A stretch of DNA of 42,901 nucleotides from Azolla caroliniana (GCA_043228905.1 JBHGNT010000267.1:1-42901), one strand, 5' to 3'; numbered from the stretch's first letter, positions 1 through 11,994 are shown. Numbers and translations are program-made. The notes: generated from the letters alone by a model not told the origin.

Positions 1-1605
1 ACCATATAGATAAGATGTTTAGCACATTCTCCAGACAGTTGTCTCGGCATGATGCTTTCACTTTACCTAAACTATTTGATGTCATTTGTGATGCATATAC
101 ACCACGCCCAAAAGTGTTACACTTGAAGGAGGTATATGACTTTAAGAGATATATATTAGATGGGGGTGGTGGGAATGTTAAAGTGCTTGCTCAGTTAAAC
201 AATATAAGTTTCAATCACATTTTTTTGATAAAGAAAAATGGAATAAGTGGTTCTACACTTTTGTATGCTAAACAATATTCATCTTCTACAACATGGGAAC
301 CTGAAGGTGGTTGCCAGTTATTACTTTGTATGCCGAGTACAATTGTCCATGGAGCTAAGCAAATGCCAATTGAGAAGAAAGGACAGTTGCAGAGCGACTT
401 GGTATCAGAACAAAAACGGTCATGGCTCCAAGCCTTAGAAGAAAAAAGAAAGCATATTGAGGCCGCCAAGAAATATGCCGCACAACAAGACACGTCATGG
501 TGGGATGTATTTTATAGTGATCAGAAAGAAATTATAGACAATTGTGTATCTGTTGATAATTGGAATTTGGAAACGCCATTCACATGGTCGCTGCAACATG
601 ATCGCGTAAATAGAAGTCCGGAGCGACTAGTAAATGCGATTAATGACAGCTTGGTCCATCCACAACAAAGAGACATTTATGTGGGACCAAGGATGACCAA
701 AGCAGCCGAAGCTAGATGGCAAGGAAATTTGCAAGAGCTCACCGTGGGGATGTTGATTGCAACGCCGGCTGATGAGAACTCACATGGCCACCAATTTTGG
801 GTTGGTAAAATTCTAGAAGTGCTAATGCATGAAATAGAAAACACGATCAAGTCTATAAATGTTCATTGGTACAACACTAGAAGTGCAAATGCTTTTATAG
901 GTAAGTATACATTGGAGATGATTGAATGCCAAACAAGAAGGGGAGGTAGGAAGAGGAAGCGAAACATTCGTAACACCTCGACCCTTGATATCTCTGATGT
1001 GGATATCATCGTGTACGACTTCACACTTACAAAAGCCGGACGATTAAGGAAGTCAACAATAGATATAATAAAAGAAAAATTACCAGGTCTACAAGGTGGC
1101 TCGAGTCAAAGGCAAACGAGATCTGCTACATATAATCTAGAGTCAAACCATTTGGTTTATGACGAAGATAATGCACTGATTGGTACATCCGAGGATGATG
1201 AGGAGGAATCGTCATTGTATATTAGTTATAGTAGTGATTCTCCGTAAAGGAGTGATCATGAATGTATATTTGGCTATTAAGTGTAACTACATTCCGCTTG
1301 TAACAAATCGAGTAATATAAAATCATGTGTTTTGAATTCTTATGATTTCCCAAAAATCGTTTCTTATAAAATAACATTGGTTGTAAAGTTTGTGATATAA
1401 ATTGAGAATGTATGTTTTTGAAATTCGTCTTTTTTTAGTTACTTCTAAATCACGAAAATAGTGGATTTTTAACCTTTTTCATAGTATGTTTGAACTTGTA
1501 TGATACTGGTATCAATGTGTTTTGTAAAATCATTGAAAAACCCCTAAAATTTCCCTTATCCTTCCATTTATGCGCGATCCTTCCACTTGTGAACGCGAAC
1601 GTGTT
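1..1605 (+). mobile_element. DNA transposon right end, inserted into the gypsy RT; probable TSD ATAT (1606-1609)
   Basis: An AT-rich 3' region carries a subterminal repeat ATCCTTCCA (1558-1566, 1577-1585). The terminus ...GAACGCGAACGTGTT abuts RT codons (cg)a-tat-gct = (R)[10 protein letters not shown]. The left end is not in the window. Confidence 0.55.
3..1247 (+). CDS. DDE transposase (Sola-like), C-terminal part, with a possible C-terminal beta-barrel chromatin-reader-like domain; 5' end outside window
   Basis: The frame is open from the window edge (cat ata gat aag atg = H-I-D-K-M-F-S), matching the tail of the GHTHxxIDxxFS motif of Sola-like transposases. There are 410+ codons without a stop, a basic NLS-like patch (RRGGRKRKR) and an acidic tail. 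Confidence 0.6.
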   Translation, partial: HIDKMFSTFSRQLSRHDAFTLPKLFDVICDAYTPRPKVLHLKEVYDFKRYILDGGGGNVKVLAQLNNISFNHIFLIKKNGISGSTLLYAKQYSSSTTWEPEGGCQLLLCMPSTIVHGAKQMPIEKKGQLQSDLVSEQKRSWLQALEEKRKHIEAAKKYAAQQDTSWWDVFYSDQKEIIDNCVSVDNWNLETPFTWSLQHDRVNRSPERLVNAINDSLVHPQQRDIYVGPRMTKAAEARWQGNLQELTVGMLIATPADENSHGHQFWVGKILEVLMHEIENTIKSINVHWYNTRSANAFIGKYTLEMIECQTRRGGRKRKRNIRNTSTLDISDVDIIVYDFTLTKAGRLRKSTIDIIKEKLPGLQGGSSQRQTRSATYNLESNHLVYDEDNALIGTSEDDEEESSLYISYSSDSP

Positions 1606-1606
1606 A

Positions 1607-4305
1607 TATGCTCTACCATTGATTTCGAGCCTCCTGGAACGTCTCAATGGAGCTAAGTATTTCACAAAGTTAGATCTTCAAGGTGCTTACAATCTTGTTC
1701 AAATTCTTCTTGGGGATGAATGGAAGACTGCTTTCCGTACTCGCTATGGTCATTTTGAGCATACAATGATGCCATTTGGTCTCACGAATGCACCAACAGT
1801 TTTCCAACATATGGCGAATGACATTTTTCGAGATTTCCTCGATATTTTCGTCATAATTTACCTGGATGATATATTGATCTACTCAAAAACTCAAGAGGAT
1901 CATGATATACACGTTCGACAAGATTTACAACAGTTGCGTGAATATGGTCTCTATGCAAAATTGGAGAAGTGTAGTTTCGACCAGTGTCAAGTGGAATTTT
2001 TGGGGTACATAGTCTCTGCACATGGCATCTCTATGGATCCAGCAAAGGTTCAAACAGTTTTGAATTGGCAAACATGACAGTCTGTGCGAGATGTACAATG
2101 TTTTTTAGGGTTCACAAACTTTTATCGCAAGTTCATCAAAGATTATTCAAAGATCGTATTGCCCCTCACTCAACCGACACAGAAGAATCGACCATTTGTG
2201 TGGAGTATAAATGCAAGCTCTGCATTTGAAGGATTAAAGCAAGCATTTACATCCGCACCAATTTTGATGCATGTTGATCCATTGAAACGCTTTATACTGG
2301 AACCTGATGCATCGAACTTCGCACTAGGAAGCGTATTATCCCAGATTAGCAATGATGGCCAACTGCACCCTGTGGCTTTTCATTCACGGAAATTCGAAGT
2401 TGTAAAAATCAACTATGAGATTCACGACAAAGAGCTTCTTGCCATTGTGGATTCTTTTCAACAATGGCGTCATTTTTTGGAGGGTTCGTCTCAACAAATC
2501 ATTGTCTATAATGATCATAAAAATCTAACTTACTTCCAAAGTGCTCGAGTCTTGAGTTGTCGACAATCTCGTTGGGCGCAGTTTTTAACTCGTTTTGACT
2601 TCATAATTTTATATCGCCCTGGAACGCAACATGGAAAAGCAGATGCTTTATCTCGACGTTCATATATGGAACTTCAACCAGGAGAGGCTGCATTTGAAAG
2701 TCAAAAGCAAATCCTCTTGGGTCCTGACCGTCTACGACTAATGGCTTTTCATGCTATAGACACACCCGAGGATTCAAGTCTTCTAGACTCCATTGGGGAG
2801 CATATTGAGACTAATGAATTCGCTCAATATATTTTGAACCATATTATCCTAGATCGTGCTTCTTGTTCACAATCTCAAAATCCTCATCAAGACTATAACC
2901 AGTTCGATTGGCATGATGGTTTACTTTTTCAACAAAATCGCTTATATGTGCCTGATGGTCCTTCTCGACTCCAAGTCTTGCAACAATGTCATGACACACC
3001 AATGGTTGGACATTTCGGCAACCACAAGACTTTGGCATTAATTTCTCAAAGGTATTGTTGCCAGGACTTCGCAATTTTGTTACGGATTATGTTCGTAGCT
3101 GTGATACATGTTGCCGATCCAAAAAACCTCGACATCATCCATATGGCTTATTACAAGCAATGCCTATTCTTGAGAGTCCATGGAAATCTATTTCATTGGA
3201 CTTCATTACGGATCTACCACCTTCCAAGGGTTTTAATTCTATTCTCATGGTAGTAGATCGTTTTACCAAGTTGGCACATTTTCTTCCCTGCACAAAGGCC
3301 ATTACGAGCCAAGAGACAGCCGAGTTACTCATGCGAGAGGTGTTTCGGCATCATGGTCTTCCTAATGATATTATTAGTGATCGGGGTCCCCAATTCATCT
3401 CAAAATTTTGACGGCACATGTTCAAACTCTTACATACTTCTTGCAAACTCTCTTCCGGCTACCATCTAGAAACTAATGGACAGAGTGAGCGCACTAACCA
3501 AACAGTAGAACAATATCTTCGTTGTTTTGTCAACTATCAACAAGATGATTGGGTTGATCTATTACATTTGGCGGAATTTGCTTACAACAACTCATAACAT
3601 TCTTCTACTGGATATTCCCCATTTTTTGCAAACATTGGGTACTATCCTCGTTGGACTATGCTTGAACATCCCGAACTCCCGACAAATCTGGTTGCTGAAG
3701 ATCTGCTCACCCAACTCCAAGAAGTTCAAGATATCCTTTTGCACCATTTATGTGATGCTCAAAACACTCAAAAGAAGGTTGCCGACCGTCATCGACGTGA
3801 TTCATCGACTATGTTTTAGGTGGGAGATGGAGTATGGCTTTTACAAGGTCGCATTAAAACAACCCGACCTTGCTGCAAATTGGATTATCAACGTTTTAGC
3901 CCATATGTGATATCTGGTAAGATCAATGATGTGGCATTTCGCCTTGATCTTCCCCCTCATATGCATATTCACCCGGTCTTCCATGTTTCACTTTTGGAGC
4001 CGTACACAACCAGCTCTATTCCAGGCCATCTTACATCTCCCCCACCCCCAATCGAAGTTTCGGATGGCTCCGAATATGAAGTTGCTTCCATTCTCGACTC
4101 CAAGATCGTTCGCAACAAACTATATTATTTGGTTGACTGCTTAGGTTATACACCTAATGATCGAACATGGGAACCTCTTGAGAATCTTGCTAATGCCTCT
4201 GAAATGGTTGTTGCGTTTCACAACAAATATCCCCATAAGCCAAGTTCGAAATCTTGTCTTCCGACTCGTGGAACTCGTCGTCGAAAAGGGGGGATAATGT
4301 CATGA
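1607..4305 (+). pseudogene. pol: Decayed pol of element A (RT, RNase H, integrase, group I chromodomain)
   Basis: Motifs [38 protein letters not shown] and EYEVASILDSK...TWEP. Several stops and frameshifts. Confidence 0.93.
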
Positions 4306-4328
4306 CGACATACATTTTGGCCTTACAA

Positions 4329-4390
4329 GGATTTTAAGCCCAAGACGTATTGGTCTATATGTTAAACCTTTAACCATTATACTAACATAT
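4329..4390 (-). promoter_or_regulatory. Degenerate tRNA-like A-box/B-box module in U3 of LTR A
   Basis: Minus strand reads TAGTATAATGG (4384-4374) ... GTC TTG GGCTTAAAATCC; the boxes start 44 nt apart. Confidence 0.55.
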
Positions 4391-4443
4391 ATGATGTATA
4401 GTTATGATAAATGTATTATTAGTTATTACAAGATATTTAGAGT

Positions 4444-4541
4444 ATTCTAGAACATTCTAGAGTATTCCAGAACATTCTAGGATATTCCATTATTATATTA
4501 AATATCATATATATCTAAAATATTCTAGAACATTCTAGAAT
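4444..4541. promoter_or_regulatory. Heat-shock-element (nGAAn/nTTCn) arrays in LTR A
   Basis: TTC/GAA units alternate every 5 bp at 4445-4487 (9 units, 7 perfect) and 4523-4540 (4 perfect units). Confidence 0.65.
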
Positions 4542-4959
4542 ACTCCATAAGGACCTATAAATAAGTGTCTATTCATTCATCACAACTCATTCGGTTCAAC
4601 ATCAGTCTTTAGCCCTTCGCCTACTCATTGTAATCTTGTTTTATCATAATATAATCTCATTTCTATTTCAAGTCTTATCTCTCTCACTCTCTCTCACTCA
4701 CTCTCTCTCACACGCACACACACACCCTCTCTCTTTCACTATCGCACTCGTTCTCACTCTATCTCCTACCCACGAGTCTCGATAGGCGGGGACCTTATCT
4801 ACCTCGATGAAGACTAGACCAAGATGCAAATTGAGCATCGTAAAAATTGTATGCCGCGAGTCATACAAGCTCGTAAAGAGGGGCATCGTGCTTTTTACCG
4901 AGACAGATGTTTGATAATAAATGATCGCGCCACCAATTGACGGCGTGTGGCCCATGTGA

Positions 4960-5331
4960 CAGACAATAAACTTTGGATGACTTTATGGAACTGTAATGGT
5001 GCACTTTGGACACACCTTGGCCGTCTAGAGGAGATTTTGAAGGTATCTGACATACTTTTTTTTAGTATAAACACATCAAAGCCCAAATCGAGGACTACCA
5101 CGAGTTGAGGGTTTTTGTTGGGAATCTGTCTTTAGACAAACCTCACATCGACATACTACTAGAGGGTTTGGAGGGGTTTTGATACTATTTCAGAGAGATA
5201 TATATAATAGGATAGAAATACTAAAGAAACACCCAAAAGCCCATTTTATGTGGGTGAAAGTTCTCACTAGCAAGGATCAGACGATATTTATCACCGTGTG
5301 TTACTTCCCCCCGAAAGGATCCCAATATAAT
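4960..5331 (+). pseudogene. LINE ORF2 APE endonuclease fragment
   Basis: Manual translation: TLWNCNGALWTHLGRLEEILKVSDILFLV*THQ...FMWVKV...TVCYFPPKGS. Cut by the copia B LTR at 5332. Confidence 0.8.
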
Positions 5332-5731
5332 TGTAGAAAGTAGCGTGTGGAAGCAGGTATGAAGACCGAACAGAAGGAAGAAAACTCAGGTTTTAATGGA
5401 GAGCTTGAGCTTACGCAGTATACTCGGGAGAGACAGAGAGAGTGAGAGAGAGAAACACAAGAACTATGTTTTTAACAAAAACTCGATTCACTACTCTATA
5501 CATATGTGTGCTCCATGAACACTTTTATACAAGTCCTCGAACTGACAGAAGTACTGACCGTACTTCAATGCTCTTTAAGAGCTCCTACACTAACTCCCAA
5601 ATATATTCCTCACGGAATATCTTTCCTAACGGCCTCCCGGTTTACGCACTCGGCCTAACCGATCGGTCCCAACCGATCCGGTCCTCGGCTTCTTCAGCCG
5701 ATCCGGCCGATGTTGAGCTTGTCTCTCAACA
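5332..5731 (-). repeat. 3' LTR of copia B (400 bp)
   Basis: Direct repeat of 10593-10835 and homologous to 27132-27494 and 32336-32740. Confidence 0.95.
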
Positions 5732-5884
5732 CTCCCCCTCAAGCTCAACTTGAGGCTCTTCGGGATCTTCACAACTCCGGTTCCTCCTGGCTTCACGCCT
5801 CGCTCGCGCTCCTCGACCTGTTCAACTCCGCGCGCTTCGACCCTTCCGGTCGGCTTGTCTACTCATGTGGCCCTCTTCAGCTCT

Positions 5885-8800
5885 TCAGCTGTTGTGGTGT
5901 TGACGCTTCTTCTGTTGCCTTTTCTTCCGCTTGGGCCTCGGTTGATTCAGTGTGTCTGAATCAAACATCCGAACCGACTCGGCTACCCCCGATCGGTTTT
6001 CGCTCTGGTCCGAGTTGGCTATCTCCAACTCGTCTTCGGTCTTCTCGCCCTCGATGGCGTCATCTTCCCAATTCGTGGTCGGCTTCGTCTCTCTCCTTCG
6101 GCTGCTCCCCTTTTGTTCGCTTTCGGATTTTTCCGCGGGTCCGCCCTCGGCTTCTTCAGCCGATCCGAAGTTGAACTCGACAACCGAGTCAACCGACTCG
6201 GTGTCGTGGTCTCCACTCCTTTCCTGCTGCCTTGCTTGGTCGTTCGGGACTGTTCTCCCCCTCAAGTTTGGCACGTCGAGGTGACACAATCCGAGCGCAC
6301 CTGAGAATTGCTGCAACTTGTCAAGACCAAGAGGCTTGGTGAAGATGTCGGCAGTCTGCCGATCCGTCGGCACGTACTGAAGTTCGACTTCACCGGAAAG
6401 GACATGCTCACGGACGAAATGGTAGTGCACCTCAATGTGCTTGGTCCGTGCGTGGAAAACGGGGTTTTTCGCGAGCTGGATGCTACTGAGGTTGTTGCAA
6501 TAGATCGTCGTCGGATCTGACACCTCTTGTAGGTCCTTAAGTAGTCGCTTCAACCATATGGGTTTGCATGTCGCGACAGCCGCTCCTCGGTACTCAGCTT
6601 AGGTGCTCAACAGTGCAACTGTCGGTTGCTTCTTACTGCTCCACGCGATCGCGGAACTCCCAAGGGAGAACGCGTATCCGGACATGGATCGGCGATCGGC
6701 GACGTTGCCAGCCCAATTAGCATCGGTGTAGCCGACTAACCGCGCGGCTGCACCGGTCCGATATAGCAGTACGCGGTCCTTCGTGCAGCTTACGTACCGC
6801 AGTACGCGTTGCACACACTGAAGGTGCACCTCGGTAGGTCGCGCCATGAACTGACTGATCACCCCGATCGGATAACTGAGGTCGGGTCGGGTGATGGTCA
6901 AGTATATGAGGCTTCCGACAATTAGTCGGAACCTCATCGGGTCGCATACCTTTCCCGTGTCGGGACGAAGCTTGACGGTTCTGTCCAGAGGAGTCGAGAC
7001 GGACTTACAGTCGGCCATCCCGAATTTGAAGAGCATACTCAGCACGTAATGACGTTGGCTGATCAATAAGTCTTCGGGGGTATGGATCACTTCGATCCCG
7101 AGGAAGTAATGAAGGTCCTCCAGATCCTTCATGTCGAACGACGCCGCAAGTTGGAGCTTCACGCGGTCAATTTCACCTAGGTCGGCGCCGGTGAAGTCCA
7201 AGTCATCAACATATAGTAAAATACTAACCGGTCCGGGTCAACCTTTCCGGATGAACAGGGAAGAGTCCGATTTTGACGTGACGAAGCCCATCCAACGCAG
7301 TTGTTGCGTGATCTTCGCGTTCCAGGCACGCGGGGCTTGCTTCAGTCCGTAAAGGGACTTCTTCAGTCGGCATACTGCCGAGGAGTTCGTTCCGGAGTGA
7401 AATCCGGGGGGTTGTACCATGTACACCTGTTCCTCAAGGTCACCTTGCAGGAACGCATTCTTTACATCCATCTAATGTAAGTGCCACCCCTTCACCGCAG
7501 CTACTGCGAGCAAAACACCGACGGTCGTCATTTTCGCGACCGGCGCAAACGTTTCATCGTAGTCGATGCCGTGTTTCTGCGCGTAGCCCTTTGCCACTAG
7601 CCGAGCCTTGTACCGGTTAACGGAGCCATCGGTGTTGTACTTGACCTTGTACACCCACCTACACCCGATCGGTTTTACCCCTTTTGGTGCGTCAACCAGG
7701 TCCCATGTCTCGTTCTCCGCCAATGCGTGCATCTCTTCCTCCATCGCGGCACGCCAATTCGCATCTTTAGCCGCTTCTGCGTAGCTCTCCGGCTCACGCA
7801 CTTCCACTACACGGGTCATGTACGCATAATGATGCGACATGTACTCGTTGTATCCGAACCGCAAGACAGGGTTCTTCTGGCGGGTAGATCGGCGTAATCT
7901 CAAATTAGCCGATGTCGAGGCCTTCTCGGTCGACGCGGTCTTCACCTTAAAAGACCCGTCACCGGTTCCCTCGGAGTCGGACTCGCGTCTCTCTGACTCG
8001 TTCCTATCCGTGCCGGAATCTGACACCTTCTTCTTTCCTTTCTCTTTGCGCGTAAGCCGTCTCCTCGGCTTCTTGTGCGGGGAATGCACGGCCGAGTCTC
8101 CACTACTCGCCGACTCTTCATCGGACTGGTCGTACTAACTCAGTCGTCCAATCGGTCCACTTAACCGGAGTGAAATCGGACTCTCTTCGCGGGTCTCGAT
8201 TTTGGGCTCATCCGGAGGCATCTCGGCCTCGATGACCTCATCATCAGACCTCGGATTGGAGTCGGGGTTCGTAGTCGGGGGCAAGTACCAGGACGCGGAC
8301 TCGTCAAACACAACGTCGCGGTTGACACGCGCTTGTTTGGTGCGAGGGTTATAGCACTTATAACCCTTCTGCTCGTCCGAGTAACCGACCAAGATGCATT
8401 TCTCGGCCTTTGCATCGAGCTTCCTCCTTTTCTCCTTCGGTATATGCACATACGCAATGCTACCGAACACCCTCAAGTGTCGCAAGTTCGGCTTCGTTCC
8501 GAAATATAGCTCGTGCGCCGACACTTTGTCTCCGATCCGGTTCTGGATGTATACCGTGGTCTTTACCGCCTCGGCCCAGTAGAACTTGGGCAAGCTCTTC
8601 TCCTCCAGCATTGCTCGTGCCGCTTCCACAACTGACTGATTCTTCCTCTCGGCCACGCCGCTTCCACAACTGAATTCGCGCCGAATTCCCATTTGTTGTA
8701 GATAACCGTTGAATTGACCAGAAAAGTACTCTTTCCCGCCATCTGACCACAGGCACCTGATCTTTCGTCCTGTTTCCGTTTCAACGAACCCTTTGAGGTC

Positions 8801-10520
8801 CTGGAAATAGTCGAAGACTTCGCTCTTCCTCTCAATGAGGTAGATCCACGTGTGCCGCGTGTGGTCGTCGATGAAGGAGATGAAATATCGGCTCCCGCCA
8901 AGACTAACGTTTTGTGTCGGCCCCCACACATCGGCGTGTATAAGGTCGAGCTTGTTCCGGCTCCGGTTTCGCTCGTTGGGGAAAGGAAGTCGGTGTTGCT
9001 TCCCGAGCTGGCAGGCTTCACAAATTTGTGCCTTTCGGCCACTAAATTTGGGCAATCCGAACACTACCTGTTTTGATTGCAGATCTTGAAGCTGCTGGTG
9101 GTTGACGTGGCCTATCTGCTTGTGCCACAAGTCGATGTCCGACTCGGGTTTTTGTCCCTTCGCGAACATTGCGGTGCCGCCGTCAGTGGAGTCAAGGATG
9201 AACATACTCCCGTCTCTGCGCCCTTGCACAATCACACGACCGTCTTCTTCAATGAAGCACCCGAGGTGTGTAAACTGAACCTCCATCCCTTGGTCGACGA
9301 TCTGTCCGACCGAGACCAAGTTCTTCATGATTGTCGGAATGTGCAGCATGTTCATGAGTTTCCCTTTCTGCCCGACATGGCTAAGGGGAACTTCTCCGGC
9401 ATTCGCGATTGGATGCGGAGTGTCGTCTCCTGTTGCGACTACTCCAGGTTGTATCGGTTTTTCAAGGTACGAGAACCACTCCTTATGGCTCATCATGTGG
9501 TTTGACGCGCCTGAGTCTACGTACCACACCTCGTCCGATCTCGGGGTGGTCTGTTTCATTGAGTTTGCTTCGTGTCTCGTCACGAAGGCAGTCCCTTCTC
9601 CGGCTCTCCCGAAGTCTTCGGCGTATTGCGATCGTTGCCGATTTCCCTTGTCGGTATGTCTGGAGCCGTTTCCGGAAACAGTTCTCTCCGAATCGACGCG
9701 CTTCTTCCAGCACTCACTTTCCCTGTGGCCTTTCTTGCTACAGTACCAACACTCCACGATGGCCTTCCCTTGCCGGTTCTCATCGCTTCGACTCCCCCTG
9801 TTTTCGGAGGGTCAAGAGTTGTTGTCGACATCACTTCGGTGCCTTCTTCCTTGATCTCGCCGGCCACCTCCATTGCGCGCCGACTCGCCTCGTCCTCCAC
9901 GTCCACGAGGCCTATCTCCCTCCGTGTACAACATTCTGCTGTCGGTGTGCGTGCTTGTAGACACACCCGCGTGGTTCTCCTTTACCAGGAGCATCGACTG
10001 TAAGCCGAAAAAGGACGACGTATTCTCCCGGGTACACACAGCCGTTCGGAACGCTCCTAACTTCGACGCCAAACCTTCGAGACAAATCTGGACCATCTCG
10101 CTCTCCTCGATGTTCACCTCTATGCAGGCGAGGGAGTCACATATATTCTTGATCTTCGAGGTATAGTCCGCCACCGACAAGTCGCGTTGTCATAGGTTGC
10201 TCAACTCCTGTCGGAGTTGAAGCTTCCTGGCTGTGGTGCTCGTGGCGAAAATCTTCTTCAGATTTTCCCACGCCCCCTTCGGCGTCTTTGCATCCCAAAC
10301 ATAGCTCAATAGCTGTTCGCCCACACACGACGCGAAGCAGTATAATACCCTGCTCGCCGATTGCTACCACGACGGAAAGTCTCTGTGTGTCGATTCGGGT
10401 GCCGCGTCATTAGCTCCTTCGGGTCCCGAGCAGGTATTGGTGCATCTTGTAGGACCAAGACGCGTAGTTGGTTCTGTCGAGCTTCTCTGTTGGAAGCGAG
10501 CTCGCCATGCCTCTATCCAT
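5885..10520 (-). pseudogene. pol: Decayed gag-pol of copia B with C-terminal extension past RNase H
   Basis: Motifs CWYCSKKGHRESEC, VDSGAS, GAG-pre-integrase [24 protein letters not shown] and ADIFTKPL. Stops and frameshifts. Confidence 0.93.
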
Positions 10521-10580
10521 CGTTCTTCTTGTTCTTCTTCGTCAAGCTGTGTCAGCTGCAGAGAGGTTCTCAACCCTCGC

Positions 10581-10592
10581 GCTCTGATACCA
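10581..10592 (-). promoter_or_regulatory. PBS complementary to initiator tRNA-Met (copia B)
   Basis: TGGTATCAGAGC immediately inside the 5' LTR. Confidence 0.95.
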
Positions 10593-10835
10593 TGTAGAAA
10601 GTAGCGTGCGGAAGCAGGTATGAAGACCAAACAGAAGGTAGAAAACTCAGGTTTTAATGGAGAGCTTGAGTTTACGCAGTATACGCGGGAGAGACAGAGA
10701 GAGTGAGAGAGAGAAACACAAGAACTATGTTTTTAACAAAAACTCGATTCACTACTCTATACATATGTGTGTTCCATGAACACTTTTATACAAGTCCTCG
10801 AAGGACTGACAGAAGTACTGACCGTACTTCAATGC
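10593..10835 (-). repeat. Truncated 5' LTR of copia B
   Basis: Matches the 3' LTR from 5332 until ...CTTCAATGC, then diverges. Confidence 0.9.
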
Positions 10836-11434
10836 ACAATATTTCAGATGGATAGAAACCTCGAAATGGTGAATGTTGACCCTTTAGACTTAGACATAAT
10901 GTTGTCGTGCCTTTCGGCTCCGGATCGTTGCGTAAGTCAGGTGGAACCACTGACGTTTTGGACTAGGAGAAACAGGAATATGAGATAAGGCTAGTAATGA
11001 ATAGGTAGAAAGAGAGGCAAGTTATGAATCTCATGACTCCCACGAGTTTAGTGTATTTAATCAATATTTAGATAGTAGGAGACAATTTAGATGACAAATT
11101 CGTGAATCCCACGAATATATTATATTGGTCAATCCTTACAAAATAATCAACAACAACCATATATATCTTTCTCCCCTCCTTATATAAGGATGGGAGAGAC
11201 TAAGCATAGCTTCCTGCTTTTTCTAAACTGTTCATGCACACTTAATGTGCCTAAGTTGCTTTTTCCACTATGCTTTTATTTCCTAAATATAGTGCTCATG
11301 CACACTAGATGTGCATGAGTATTTTTTTATTGGTTTATATTTTTCTTGTAAATAAAGTATTCACGCACTCAAAGGTAGGCATAAATAAAAGTCTTATACC
11401 TTTTAAATCTATATTTATAACACTTATGATAAGT

Positions 11435-11495
11435 TAATACAATGGTAAAGTTTTGGTGTATTTACATGGAGGTATAGGGTTTGAATCTTACCCTA
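11435..11495 (+). promoter_or_regulatory. Degenerate tRNA-like A-box/B-box module in U3 of the Phygy-like LTR
   Basis: TAATACAATGGT (11435) ... GAGGTA TAG GGTTTGAATCT (11478); the boxes start 43 nt apart and lie antisense to the element. Confidence 0.5.
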
Positions 11496-11994
11496 TTCAT
11501 GTAATAAATATTTTAATATTTTATTTTATTTATATATATGTACTTAAATCGGATATATTATTTTTTACATTTTTCACGTAGTGTGAGGACTACACTACGA
11601 CAGTCACCCCCTCCGAATCCGCACATCCTCCGGTATGTCCCGAAGTTCCCGATGCATGTTATTCGTCTTCATCCTTAGCACTCTCCGATTCTCCCCTTAT
11701 GTCGACTACGAGTTGTAGTTCACTTTCTTCGCTTTCTGTATCACCGCGATCTTTGTTCGGTTGCTCCTCGATGTCGGTCTTGTCTAGGGTTACATAGGGT
11801 TCTTTGTCAGTCCGCTTCTTGAAAATCTTTACCCCTTTCCCCGCTATAGGCACCCGTAGTATTGTTCCATTCAACTCGCATAGTCGGTAAGTTCCATTGT
11901 CGAAAACGTTCCGAACCTAGTATGGCCCAAACCACCTTTTCGCGAGCTTCGGTATCGTTGTATGTTGATGATCCAAACTACTATCATAGACAGG

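Larger units (their letters stand above)
1606..4772 (+). mobile_element. Element A: Ty3/gypsy Tcn1-like chromovirus, 3' half (RT-RH-INT-CHD, PPT, 3' LTR)
   Basis: Domain order is RT-RH-INT-chromodomain. PPT at 4283-4294; LTR starts TGTCATGA at 4298. The LTR right end is approximate. Confidence 0.9.
4298..4772 (+). repeat. 3' LTR of element A
   Basis: Follows the PPT and starts with TG. TATA at 4556; CT/CA-rich U5. The end is not sharply defined. Confidence 0.8.
5332..10835 (-). mobile_element. Element B: Ty1/copia, near full length, 5' LTR truncated
   Basis: 3' LTR 5332-5731 (TG...CA); PPT 5732-5743; PBS TGGTATCAGAGC 10581-10592; 5' LTR 10593-10835 lacks the outer part of U3. Domain order is gag-PR-INT-RT-RH. 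No TSD is recoverable. Confidence 0.95.

Noticed and set aside
1490-1606. N-terminal 39 codons of ORF 1490-2077 as a novel RT extension
   Set aside because: Chance read-through from the DNA transposon terminus into the interrupted RT.
1595-1609. piggyBac-type end (TTAA/TTAT target)
   Set aside because: A TTAT duplication would leave two extra bases before the RT codons, whereas ATAT restores R-Y-A exactly. The protein also lacks a piggyBac Cys-rich tail.
5442-6284. Antisense ORFs repeated in B and E (103, 154 and 110 aa) as extra genes
   Set aside because: They recur only because B and E are close copies. They have alternative starts, low complexity and no recognisable domain, and GC-rich sequence yields long shadow ORFs.
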